Made by a program: the position numbers and the translations under genes. Shown piece by piece: positions 13,549-25,472 of a DNA stretch of 64,000 bases. Within the stretch, counting starts at the first letter, position 1. Each line of letters opens with the position of its first letter. This DNA is from Camelus dromedarius. Taxonomy: Eukaryota. The stretch spans positions 24,058,001-24,122,000 of the forward strand of contig NC_087437.1 of NCBI RefSeq assembly GCF_036321535.1, written 5' to 3'. The notes under the pieces are model-generated. The model was not told the DNA's origin and did no database searches. It worked only from the letters and a program-made list of their open reading frames with translations.

Positions 13549-13699
13549 GATATTACTGACGTCATATTTTAATTTGGCCATTTTCTTCACACTTGATTCT
13601 GATATTAGACCTACAATCATATAAATATGATTTCCTCCTAGCTCAGATTAGACAAGAAACAGTGCTGGGAAGTAATAGAACTTGGAGAAAATAAAATCT

Positions 13700-14280
13700 A
13701 GTTAAAGGAAATATGATGTTTAGACACTTTCTCTGTTGACCCCTCTACACTCAGAAATGTGGGATGAGAAACGGACTTTGGGAGAGTAAATCTGTGCTCT
13801 GTTTTCCATCTATAGGAGCAGACTCAGAATTGCATCCTAAAGGAAGTCGGGGCACCAGAAGTGGTCCTGTTACACTGTTGTATTTGCTATGAATTTAGAA
13901 GAGATGTTAATGTTCCCACAAATCCAGGGCAGACACAGAGGTGAGCTGGAGATAGGATGTGCTCAGCAGGTCAAGAAGGCATGCAGCAAATGGAGGCTAA
14001 GGATACATTTATATGGACTTCCTGACACAACAGACTTTGGGACTGTTCCATCTAGAGATTGGAAGCTAGGCCAGGAAAGGGGTAAAGAAAACACCTACTA
14101 GTTGAAGAAGTTTGAATCTTGGAAGACGTTGACTGATGAATCAACTTTATATTGAATCCAGAAATTATTGAATTGGACTAAATGCCTGGTATGACACAGA
14201 TTATATGTTTGAAACCAAAGTGAAATGGGGGCTTGTGAATGTATCCTACATGCCTGAGTCTTGAGAATTTACCTGTCGAT
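13700..14280 (+). mobile_element. Possible ancient LTR remnant (MamGypLTR-like)
   Basis: Only short remembered motifs (ttgaattggactaa...aaccaaagtga); weak. Confidence 0.25.
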
Positions 14281-14438
14281 TTTAATATGAAGCTTTTGTC
14301 AGTGAGACCGCCCAACTAGCTCTGACATGGAGCAGTTAGCATCATATCATTTTAAAGAAACCTGAGTCATTACTAAATAGCTCAGTTTTCCAAGTTCTTG
14401 TATTTGAAAAGAGCAGATAATTTAGAATTCCCCAAGGC

Positions 14439-14439
14439 T

Positions 14440-14470
<31 letters not shown>
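14439..14470. repeat. Compound (CA)n(TA)n microsatellite
   Basis: Read directly. Confidence 0.9.
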
Positions 14471-15789
14471 TACCTCAGCCTTTTAAGGGAAGGTACTATC
14501 ATATAGTTGATATGATATGCTTTCTGAGGAAAAGTTTATGACTTCAAATAATGTCACATTTTAATATTTTTGGTTGGGGGGAGACCTGCTTCTCCGCCTA
14601 CATGTAATTCTGTTCATACCAAAGGTATTTGAAGCAGAGAAATTCTCTTAAACCTGCAAATTCTTGCGTAGGTTACCCACAAGTTAAAATAATGTAAAAG
14701 TTAGAATGCCTGGTCTATTTCCATCTTCAACCAGCTGTCTCTATTGAAGCAACACAGAAATAATAAAATGTGCATTAAAAGTATGCAAAGATCTCCTTAA
14801 AGGTTTTATTTCATTTTGATTATCAAACTTGGAAGTCTAGTATTGAACCTTTTGAAGTCTGTAAGTGAAGATTAAAGCATTCTCACAGGTTATCTACAGG
14901 TGTGCCATAGTGAGTCATGATCCTCCCATAATCCATGGAATGAAAAAGCTACAGTAAGTAACAAACTGTTAATCAGTGCTGTGGCACAGAAGATCAATCT
15001 TTGACTCTTATATTCACAAACCCTGTTTATTTGGTCACATTAGAGAACAGGCTGGGTGTTGGAATGGATTCCTAGAAATGATGGATGTCATTGTCAAAAC
15101 TGCCAAGGTCAATGTATAATGTTCATAAAGGAGCCAACCCAATTCAAGCACCTTCCATTTATCATTCATGCAATTTGACCCCCAGTTCTCTTTATAATAA
15201 CATACAAAGAAGGAACGACTGCTGTGTTCATTTCAATGGAATCTCGTGCACTTTTCACTATCATTCAGATCACAGCTTTTCTCAGACTGGGATCATTTGT
15301 ACATAGCTTTTCCTTCTCTGAGGATGTTGGAATTATTAGTTGAAATATGGATTTAATAAAGAAAAACCTGATTAATGAATCCGTATGTGATTGATATATT
15401 GCTATGTAGAATGTTTTGATTTTTCCAAATCCGAATCTGATTCATCATCTACTTATGCTTAGAATACATTATCAACTTTGACATTGACAGAATGTTTTTG
15501 AAAGTTATTCCATTACCAATATTTTACAGATATGATTTTCTTATGAAATCACAAATACTATGGTGTTGGGTGTATTTAAATTGAAAAAATACTTAAATGT
15601 GTGCTACAGAAACTGTCAATTGAGAAAAAATAAGGAATTTTCACTTATTTTGCTTGGGCAACTTGAATTCAATTATAATTAGTTCATGAACACTATCAGA
15701 TGCTTTCAGTTAAAATTATATTCTATAATCTTTGAGCAGCTGTTGAAATTTGTGACTCTTTCTTGGTCTTTCAATCTGTGTATTTGTAA

Positions 15790-15925
15790 CACTTTGCTAA
15801 AAGTGGGTTCATACTTCACATTAGTACTAGAATGTGAGCACCAAGCGGGTAAGGCTTGTTCTTGGTTTTATCTGAGATTCCTGGAAGAATGAGTACATTG
15901 TAGAGGCTCAGTAACTGTGTACTGA
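15790..15925 (+). mobile_element. L2 3'-end fragment
   Basis: actagaatgtgagc...ttgttcttggttttatctgagattcctggaaga...tgtagaggctcagtaactgtgtactgaa matches the L2 terminus. Confidence 0.55.
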
Positions 15926-16912
15926 AAAAAGAAAAAAGGAAGAAGGGAAGGAGGGAAAAAAATAAAAATGATAAACAGAGAAAAGTAAAGTGTATGTTTA
16001 TATTCAAATATATAGTTATTAAAGCGATTTTAGAGATATTACTGAAGTTACAAATAATTCATTATGAGATTATGACCAGTGAGACTACATTTATTTTCTC
16101 AAAATAAAATACTTCCAAAATAGGGATAGATATTTATCACTTAAAAAGAAGGGAAAATGCAGCTAACAGGTAAAAAAAAAAAAAAAAGGCAATTGCAACT
16201 AAAATGGTATCAGGTGACACTGAGGAATATCTGTAGTGGTTCTCTTTTTAACCTGAAGTTAAACATATTCTTAAAATATACTTTTAAAAATACTAATAAG
16301 AAAAAGAGCTCTCCAAACCCAAATACTGGATGAAATTATTGTCAAGTGAGTTAGAATGTTAACTAACATGCAAACATTACACTTAATAGACAGCCTAAAT
16401 GGCGAGATGGACCTTGCCCTCTGAGAGATGCTCAGAGAAGCAGAGTGCAAAGCCCATCCTGACTGAATGCAGTTCCAGCAGGCAGAGAGATCATGAAAAA
16501 TAGCAATAAATTGTGATAACTGCTGTCCTAGACCAATACAGGAAACATCACCGAAGGCAGCGGTAACAGTTCTCATAAATTTAACATTAATACACAATTG
16601 AAACTGGGGGAAAGAAAAGGATTCATGATTTTAATGGATTTTTTCTTCTTCCCTCTTTCAGACGAGAACAAATGCTCTACCTCATTGGCTGATGTGATCA
16701 TAAGGAGATGTATCAGCTTTGCTCTGTAGTGCTAACTCTCAGTTCCCTCATTTATGAAAAAGGGGTTTAAAATCCTTTCAAAGGTCAAATGAAAATATTT
16801 GATATCTCTGTATACTATCAAGTATCCACGAATGTTAGTTATTACTCTTACAGTTATCTCTAGCATGTGCTTGTCACATGCTTAATGTGGAGTTCTCAGA
16901 ATGCAAAGCTTG

Positions 16913-17037
16913 GGGGTAGCATATAGCTCAGTGGTAGAGTTCATGCTTAGCATGCACAAGGTCCTGCGTTCGAGCCCCAGTACTGCCATTAAAAAAACTA
17001 ATGAATAAATAAACCTAATTCCCCCAACAACAGCAAA
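16913..17037 (+). mobile_element. tRNA-derived camelid SINE (vic-1 type)
   Basis: A box TAGCTCAGTGG, B box GTTCGAGCC, tail aataaataaacctaattccccc and an A-rich end. 15-bp TSD AGAATGCAAAGCTTG (16898-16912) / AGAATAGAAAGCTTG (17038-17052). Confidence 0.9.
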
Positions 17038-18994
17038 AGAATAGAAAGCTTGCAACTATCTGTATAGTGCAATTTTAATTTTATACTGGTTTTAGTCACT
17101 GTTGTTTATAACATATTTTTGAGAGGCATTTATATTTTAAAAAGAAAAAAAAAGACTAAAAAGAGGACAATTATGAGACTGCAGTCATAATAACTTTATT
17201 AAAGTAATTTAATTTTTCAAAAGCCAAAATTATAGCAATCCCCCAAAATTTGCTTAGAAATTCTACAGTGCTGCACGTGCATTTGAGATGGCCATGCAGC
17301 TATTGCTTAAGTTCAAGTTAACTTTTATTATAAAGCCTGAAGATACATAAGATAAAATAAGGAAGAGAATTTGAAGTGCCACTTGCTTTTACCAGAAATA
17401 ATCATAAATTCTTAAAACGTACTTTACATTAAATTTTTTTTACTCATTCATGTTTGGGGTGAGATAATTATCTATCTTTGTTAGTTATTTTTATGCTCCA
17501 AAGCCCCTCATGATAAATCACTAACTTATATTCATAGCACAATTATCTTTTAGTTTTAGTTTGTTCAGAAAGAATCAGAAAATAGAGTCGTATTTGCGCT
17601 TGTATTTTTCACCCACTTTATGTCAGATAATAATGCATGTATTACTATAGAAATCTGATATACAAATCTAAAGGGAGATGGAGATTAGGAAGAAAAAAGT
17701 AAGTCTGAAAGTCTATCTGTTTCCTAACACTACATGAAGAACTCAGCACTCATTGTGAAATCAAAGAGTGACCACACTCTACTGCAGTATGAGACTTTAT
17801 AAAAAGTAAAGATAACCACTTCAAGCAAATAAAAATTTCCCAATATAATTAACATTATCAGTGACTTTAAGTCACTAAGAAACAAAAATAAAACCGAAAT
17901 TTCATATATTTAATACAATTTTTCAGTCTATAATAACATCCTAACAACCAAAAAACCAAAAAAGTACCATAAAATGAAATACAGGAATTTCTCAAGCTCA
18001 AGAAATAATACCATTGAGACTATTTACTTTATGAAACCCACAAAGAATTCTTCTGTAATACTATTACACAGTAATTTTTAATGTTACTTGTATTTGGAAT
18101 GAGTAGCCAATTACATTGATCTTGTCAGCAGTGTTATTCTACTTGAAATCTCTTTAGATTATTTTTAATACAATGTTAGAAATATATTTCATGGACTAAT
18201 TTGTGCTTTTGGTAAAATCATACTTCTTTATCCATAGTGATGTCTAGTTTAACTTTCTCCTCACAATTTAGAACTCTTAGAACATGTTTTTTCCTTTTCC
18301 CTGCCACAAACACTGTGATGTAGTTTTACTGTATTCATATATTATGTGCCTCCAAAGAGTAGAGTTCAAATACGAGGGGAAATAACGTTTCACAAAATTC
18401 TAGGAAAGGGAACCATAAAATGGAAGACTAATTTCTTACTTGTCGAACTCTCTGAGTCTATGGATTTGGATGCATTTAAATTATACCTATTTTTGCAGAC
18501 TAAGTTTGCAAATGTGTGTCTATATTAATATGGTTTTACCCAAAAAAATACTTAGATATAATCATTTTATTACTCCACAATTTTGCATTTCTGCAAAATT
18601 GAGATCTGATTAGGGACCACCTTATCTGTACTCAGTTTGATGCAAAGCCAACAAAATTTCTGTCAATATTCATTTTAATTAATCCAGTAATATTAACTTC
18701 TTACGGCTTTATTTCCTCCATTCTTTGTTGAAAGGCAGTTCTCACTCTAACTCAGCTCCCAGGGTGCCTTCCGCAAAAGATTGTCACCTTGCTGTGGACT
18801 GTGACCTCTGACCCCGCTACTTACTTCCTGTGACTGTGCTACTTTTGCACATTTAATGAACTTTGTGCACAGTTAAAAGATGTCAGCACAGAGAAATGGT
18901 AGGTCTTGCTTTGAAAAGTTCCATTGTTTCTATACATCTAATTGACTTTCCACATTACAGAAGGTAAGAAAAAGAATCAATAAACTTACTTAGT

Positions 18995-19330
18995 CCAATG
19001 CAACCTTTATTATTAATATGCTAAGCACATTGCATTCAAGGCATTGACACCTAAACACTGCTAGAAGTATCAAAATGACTTCTCATTAATAACCATTATA
19101 TTAATCACTGTTGCCCAGAACTAGAATCTGACTGCGAAATCCCCTGGTGGAAATTGCTATAATCGTTCAAACTACAGGAATGAATATTTCTCAGCATAAT
19201 TACCGCTGTCGTCTTATTGAAAAATATCCCATTAGATGGCAGCTTTTAGTTACGTAAATCGCGTTGATTAATTTTTAATTTCCAGCATTTATGTGACATT
19301 GCACAAGTAAAGATCTTTGATAATTTAAAT
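18995..19330. repeat. MER121-like ancient conserved repeat / candidate regulatory element
   Basis: The core cattaataaccattatattaatcactgttgcccagaactagaatctgactgcgaaatcccctggtggaaattgctataat matches my recollection of the MER121 consensus. Seven CpGs are retained in 19135-19265. Confidence 0.7.
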
Positions 19331-19704
19331 GGTTAGCTGAGCAATTATTAAAATAACTTACAGCAATTCAGATGTTCATTTATTTGCTAGAAGAGCCATA
19401 CATCATTAACTCCTGATTAAAATAAAGTTTGGGAAATTGCAAGTGCTGAATTGATCACTATAAGATATGTGTTTCAGGGTGTTTTATAAAAATATTCATG
19501 CCATGTAGGATGCCCCAGCTGTAATGCTAAAACTCCAGCATAAATGTTTCAAAGGAAGGGATAATCTAAATTATCCTGGCAACATGGCATCCCAGCCGTG
19601 TGCTCAAGTACACATTTGTGCCCTCTGGCAGACAATTTAAATGGTCTATAATGTTACAATTTTTAGCCACCCCGGTACCTCTTTTATTTAAAACAAACAA
19701 AAGG

Positions 19705-19945
19705 TTCCTATGCTTGTGAGCGATGACTGAGTCAGTCCTCAGTCTTAGCTGTGTGTTTTAATGTTTTTTATTGACTTCTTTAAATCTTCATGTTAACTGT
19801 GAATTCTTAAATAGCCTTTAGTTTCTTTATCTGTAAATTGGGAAAATAATTTACTTAGTTCATCAAGCTGTACTGTGGGTAACGATGCGAGGAATATAAA
19901 GTGACTAAATAGTGTATGGGATATATTAAGCAATAAATAATGCCC
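19705..19945 (+). mobile_element. MIR SINE
   Basis: agtttctttatctgtaaattgggaaaataat...aagcaataaataatg: MIR core and 3' end. Confidence 0.65.
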
Positions 19946-20539
19946 CTTGTATTATAATATTTCATATCATAATCCCTTAATATGTTGCCATTATACAAAT
20001 ATAAATGTTTCATATACAAAAATGCATATCCTTTTAATCCTCACTCTCTCTCTGCATTACTCTTTGTAAATTAAAAACAAAGTAAAAAACACCCAAGTAG
20101 TTGATTTTCAGTTGAGTTACCTGCCAATTCCTATGGTTTAAGTAAACAGAATAAAGATTGAAAAGTCAATGACTAGACTTAACAACCACATGTTGTCACC
20201 ATTAATAAGTAATCACTCCCGAGCCCCATTGGAACTACCGACAAACTGGAAGGCTAAATTAAGTCCAATGTATTGCAATGTTACAGAATCTAAAATTTAC
20301 ACTTTTGAGTTTTTTTTGGAGGTCTGCACAATTGCTCCAAAAATACAGACCATTTTTCTAGTTGAGCAGTTCAGAAGGAATTGGCAGGAGACAGAACTGT
20401 TCAGCAAGTTTTATTTTCCAAAAATCAGTATAAAGTTACTAAAATGTATATACAAATATTTAAAAAGCTTTTGTAAAATGAACCCTGACAAAGGTCAAGA
20501 AGTTGTCTTTGTAGTCTTTCCTCTCAAAATATTTATAGC

Positions 20540-20870
20540 TCAGTTGGAGAATACAGATAAGACCAATAAATGCAAAGTGCTATGACAAGCGCTGAGATGC
20601 GTACAGAGGTAATGTCTTAAGTGGATAGGAAGGAAGGTCTTAACTGAGTAGAGGGGTTTTAGAAACCTTTGGGCAGGGAGGAATGAATAGGTCTTGCAGG
20701 ATAAGAATTTACTAGATTAGTGTTTGGGGGAAAATTAGTCCGGGAAAAAGATACATGGTGTATAAATGAGTAAAGTATTAAGAATGCATGTGCCTAGTCC
20801 CTGGAAAATTGTAGGTGCTCATTAAGTATTTGTTGAATGAATCAATGAATGAATAAATCAATGAATGAAA
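20540..20870. mobile_element. L2 fragments (antisense ~20540-20780; sense terminus 20790-20870)
   Basis: gtaggtgctcattaagtatttgttgaatgaatcaatgaatgaat is the classic L2 (AATG)n tail. Confidence 0.7.
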
Positions 20871-21089
20871 GAAAGTGTTAGAAGGGTCCTGGAAGGGATA
20901 AAAAGGGAAGGTAAACATCTTTGTCTTAATAATTTACCTGTTTTTCTCTACATTTTTGTGATTTTTTTTTTCCTATCTCACAAGCTCCGTTTCACTCTTT
21001 TGATTCTTTCACAAATACTATCCCTAATTGCTTCTTGAGTCCATTCCTCTTTTAATCCTGATGTTCAATTTGTTTCTGATATTCCTTAT

Positions 21090-21400
21090 TGCATGTGGTC
21101 CTGGACCTGTGTGCTCAGGTGTGCCCCTCAACCCTACCTGGTCCTGATGCGTCTTAGAGCTCTGAGGTGTGGTTCCTGGGCTCCCCTGTAAATTAGTTCC
21201 TGGTTGAGCTCAACCAAGAGGTGACATTGGGGGAGGTTGGAAAGCAAGAAGATGAAGGAAGCCAGAATGTGTCCCCCCTCTGTCTTTGCAGGGGTTATGC
21301 CTTCATATGATTCCATATCCTGCCAGGTAGGCTTATCATGTTTCTGTCTTCGACGTGGTGATTCTCACCTGGACTCCAACATACCATTTCCTCCACTTGG
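21090..21400. mobile_element. LTR16-like (ERVL) LTR fragment
   Basis: ttcctggttgagctcaaccaagaggtgacattgggggaggttggaaagcaagaagatgaaggaagccagaatgt resembles the LTR16/LTR33 core. Confidence 0.5.
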
Positions 21401-21679
21401 AAAATTTTGAGATTATTTTTTGAAATTTAAATATAAAATACCATCTAGTGCAATCATCATATATAAGATGAAAATGAAGGTAAGAAATAATACTTTCCCA
21501 AAGTTTTATATCTTAATAGCTATTAAAACCAAATAAGCCCAGCTCTTTGATTTCCTGTGCAATTTTCTTTGGACTACACTACAGTGTTACGTCACTGACT
21601 ATATTTGACAAAGAAATTACATATTACAAATAACTAATGTGAGAAGACAAAGAAAAAAAATTGAGAAGGAACCAAAGAA

Positions 21680-22130
21680 ACATGCCAGAAAGGAATGTTT
21701 TTGACTTCACATACCAGGAAACTACTCATAGATTGAACAAATAGGGATTTTTTTTTCCTCTCATATATAAACCGATCAGAGGTAGCAGTTACCGCCTTTG
21801 GCTCAGTTGCTTCACTGCATGGTTGTAGCATCTCAGTGATTCTTTTGTTGTTTTCTCCATGGAATATGTAATTTCAGGTCTATGTTCCAGGAAGGAAGAA
21901 GGGGATAAAGGCTTCCTAAGTCAAGTGTACCCATTTTTATCCTGAAAGCAAAAGCATTCCTAGAGTTCTCAGTGAACTTTATTGAAATCCTGTTAACTAG
22001 TCTTGTGCCACATGATGACACAGTTACAGTGGAGGCTGAGAAAATAAAAATTTAGATTTTTTTCAGCCTCCTTAGTGGAGGCTGCACTGGAGAAGTAGGT
22101 TGAGAGTGATAACTTAGCTAGCCAACGGAA
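21680..22130 (-). mobile_element. Old MLT1 (MaLR) LTR
   Basis: ttccaggaaggaagaagggg...gaaagcaaaagcattcctagag...gtgccacatg...tacagtggaggctgagaaaat are antisense MLT1 motifs. Confidence 0.6.
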
Positions 22131-22299
22131 GGAAAAGGGAGCCATTTTAACTGCAGATGAATGAATAAATGTCAGCTGTGAGAGAGGTAAAGGGTGTTGC
22201 TGAAAGGAAAAATTGATAATAAGAAAATAACTGGGCTAGTGTCATGATTTGGGACAAATGATGTTGAAAGGCATCGGACAAAACACAAGTCAGCAGAGG

Positions 22300-23060
22300 T
22301 ACTTTCAGATGTGGAAACTGAGGATCACAGAAGGTGAATAAATTGTTCATGCTAGGGCACCTGGAAAATGGCGATGCTAATTTTCAGGACTAACTTTGTT
22401 TTGTTTTTAATTATTGCATTTATTTATTTTTATTAAGGTATAGTCAGTTATAATGTGTCAATTTCTGGTGTACAACATAATGTCCCAGTTATGCATATAC
22501 ATACACGTATTCATTTTCATATTCTTTTTCCTGAAAAGTTATTACAAGATATTGAACATAGTTCCTTGTGCTATACAGAAGAAAAATTTAAATCTATTTT
22601 TATATATAGTGGCCAAAATTTACAAATCTCTAAAACTCCCAAATTTATCTCTTCCCACTCCCATTTCCCTGGTAACCATAGATTGTTTACTATGTCTGTG
22701 AGTCTATTTCTGTTTTGTAGATGAGTTCATTAGTGTTGTCCTTTTTTTCTTTTTATTTTAGATTCCACATATGAGTGATATCATATGCTATTTTTCTTTC
22801 TCTTTCTGGCTTACTTCACTTAGAATGACGATGTCTGGTTCCATCCATGTTACTGCAAATGACATTGTTTTATTCTTTTTTATGGCTGAGTAGTATTCCA
22901 CTGTATAATATATCACAACTTCTTTATCCAGTCATCTGTTGATGGACATTAAGGTTGTTTCCATGTCTTGGCTACTGTATATAGTGCTGCCATGAACATT
23001 GGCATATATATATCTTTGTTTTAACTCCAGTACCTTCAAACTTTCCACTATCCTGAATAG
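22300..23060 (-). mobile_element. MIR split by an L1 insertion (pieces ~22300-22402 and 23014-23060)
   Basis: cagatgtggaaactgaggatcacagaaggtgaataaattg lies left of the L1 and taactccag...tttccactatcctg lies right of it. Confidence 0.55.
22403..23013 (-). mobile_element. L1 3' end (~0.6 kb, 5'-truncated)
   Basis: Same 3'UTR family as 12099-13151 and 43801-44788. TSD CTTTGTTTT at 22394-22402 and 23014-23022; the reconstructed empty site has TTTT/AA. Confidence 0.93.
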
Positions 23061-25289
23061 CCATAATATGATATATTAGTGGCTACTAAAGAATTCCTGA
23101 CGGTCATATAGGCATACAACCAATTTATATACATTTTATTATCTGCCCACTACCCCAGGCCTCATAGTGACTTTTGTCCTTCAAAGTTGCTCTCTACAGT
23201 TTTTTTTTAAATGTGATTTCATTTCTATGAAGTATTTATAGAAAATAAAATAATAAAGAGTTTAATTTTTCCTAAACCCAGATCTTTTAGAGATACACAC
23301 CACAGAAAATAGATTGCAATAATAGGGCAACTCTCAAGATAGTTTAATAATGACATAGTCTGTCTTCATATTTTGGTTCACTTTACCCTCAAGAGATATT
23401 TTTGCAGTGAATCAGTAGAGTATGCACCTTCTACATGCACTGTACATAATTCTGATGATTTCTAAGAATTTCTGCAATGAAACATCATAGTGGATGTAAC
23501 TAATATTTTGCTCATTCTGCTTAGTTAAATATCCCGTTTTAGTTAGTTACATAAATATCCCATTTTTACTCAACTTTGTGTCCTCTGTAGCATTCAGTCT
23601 GATAGCTGAATGGGGCTCACTTACCATTCCTTTAATGGACCCTTCCTCAGTCCAGCTGACATTCTGCTACCCACACATCTCCCTCATGACTACCAGCACA
23701 TGCTTCTTACATACTTATCTCCCATTGATAAATTCCATTTTTAGAGGCAGGTCAAATAAACTTTATTTTTAAAGCATTGGAAGTTTAAATTGTCAGAAGT
23801 CATAGTCTCTGTCAATGCATCATTCTTCGGTGAATACTGTCTACTGCATTTGTTCTGGAAAGTTGACTCTCCCATTTTTGCTTGAATGGCCTGAAGTGAG
23901 AAGAAGTACATGGGCTTCTCCATCTGTAGGTTTTCAATTTCAAATTAAAAGTAGAATTGCTACATGACCAAACCATCAACTCCTAAGCTGAGATTCTTCC
24001 AAATGAAAGAGAGTGTAGGACTTCTCTCTTAGAAGTGGGTGCCTTACCAGGTGTTTAGTTGAGGAGAACAGAACCACTCTATCATTTGCTTTGATGGAAG
24101 GTGGCGAAGACACACCTGACTGCAGATGTCCTTCTCCCAGAGAGGGGGAGAGGTGGAAGGCTCAACTGTTCAGTGTACGAGTCATGTAGACCTAGGTCTT
24201 GTTCCTGTTCTCAGACGAATCCTGTGTTTCCTGGTCTAGAGGCTCGAGGGGATTCTGTAGGGTTTAGCCTCCTCTTAGGCTGGCTTCCCTTCAGACATTC
24301 TCTAGGCTGTGGTTTTAACTGTCCTGTGGGTGGCTTTTTCCATTTGCTTTATAACATGCAGGTTGTTTGTCATTAAAAGTACTTGTGTTTTCTCTCTCTC
24401 TCTTTACTGTTAACTCTCCTTTATGATATTAATGTGGGTATCAGGAGAGAGAGTGGAGGAAAAAAAACATGTGGTAGGTCTGTCACTTTCATGGATAGTT
24501 TTCATGAAATTTTTCTGATATGGCTCAGTTTTCTGGTTCCCATCCCACTGTGGAGACCAAATTCTTGAAACCTCAGCTAAATGTTCACTTCAGTCTCTAA
24601 TAAGCAGAGTGGGGCATTGCAGTTCTTTACAGGACTGTCTCAAACAATGTAAGATAAAGAGTGGTGAATGATTAGTGGTTGCATTTCTGGTGCTTAAAGC
24701 GCAGAGCAGAGAAGCCAAGGAGAAGGAAGATTGTGGATGGATGGTTTCTCCTAGTTCAAGGAACTGGTGCTTTGCATGTAGATACCCAGGCATCACTGAA
24801 GATCTGAAAATGAAGCTGACCATTTTGAACAAGGTCTCATTTGACCATTCCATTAAATAGACAAACAAACAAAAAAGAAACAATGAAAAATAAAATGGGA
24901 ATGTGAAAATTTAGTCTCAGATCATAGATACATAGTACATATACAACATATTTCTTCTTATTTCCTAACTGATTCTACAATAGAAAGGACTTTTGCTACT
25001 TCAAACAAGATGATACATAATACAGATACAGAGAGAAAGTAAGACCATGCAATGGAAATAAAAAATGCCATTCACTGTGTTATTATTTGCGTATAGAATA
25101 CATTGGGCTCTGAGCAGTTGGTAAACAAGAGAAGGCATGGAAAATTTCACAACCTTTCCCCATCAGAAAGAAAGTAACATGCTGGTGACTTAGGGAAGCT
25201 AGTGTATATTTTAAGGTTTTTCTGGACCTTAATGTTAAGTTACCCTGATACCAACAAATTTCTTGTTTGTGAATTGGTCATTCTGGAAG

Positions 25290-25472
25290 ATATACAGTAG
25301 GGTTTGGAGGAATGAAAAGGGATTTTGGAGTGAGGTAAATTTGATCTTGACCCTGCCACATGTGAACTCTACTATCCTTAGGAAAGTCTCACGGTCTTAA
25401 ATTTTTGTCTTTACCTGAAAGCGGTTTAATTGTATGGAGTGCATCTGACACTTAGGATTCAATAAATTTTGA
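25290..25472 (+). mobile_element. MIR SINE, degenerate
   Basis: gattttggagtgagg...cctgccac...ccttaggaaagtc...ttcaataaatttt. Confidence 0.5.

Noticed and set aside
15922..15970. Strong minus-strand splice acceptor
   Set aside because: It coincides with the purine-rich tail of an L2 remnant, and no good partner donor was found.
16630..16730. Strong plus-strand acceptor (ttttttcttcttccctctttcag)
   Set aside because: No convincing donor downstream and it runs into a MIR-like fragment. The isolated acceptor at ~47202 was rejected for the same lack of a donor.
16913..16990. tRNA-like sequence
   Set aside because: It is the head of a SINE with tail and TSD, with a second copy at 62891-63034; not a tRNA gene.
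17860..17876. AGTGACTT-T-AAGTCACT inverted repeat (similar 8-bp arms near 1508, 16862 and 56149)
   Set aside because: Chance-level arm length in AT-rich DNA.
20169..20585. Longest ORF in the track (138 aa)
   Set aside because: No recognisable domain or convincing splice or promoter context. The composition is typical of AT-rich non-coding DNA, and the 3' end runs into an L2 remnant.
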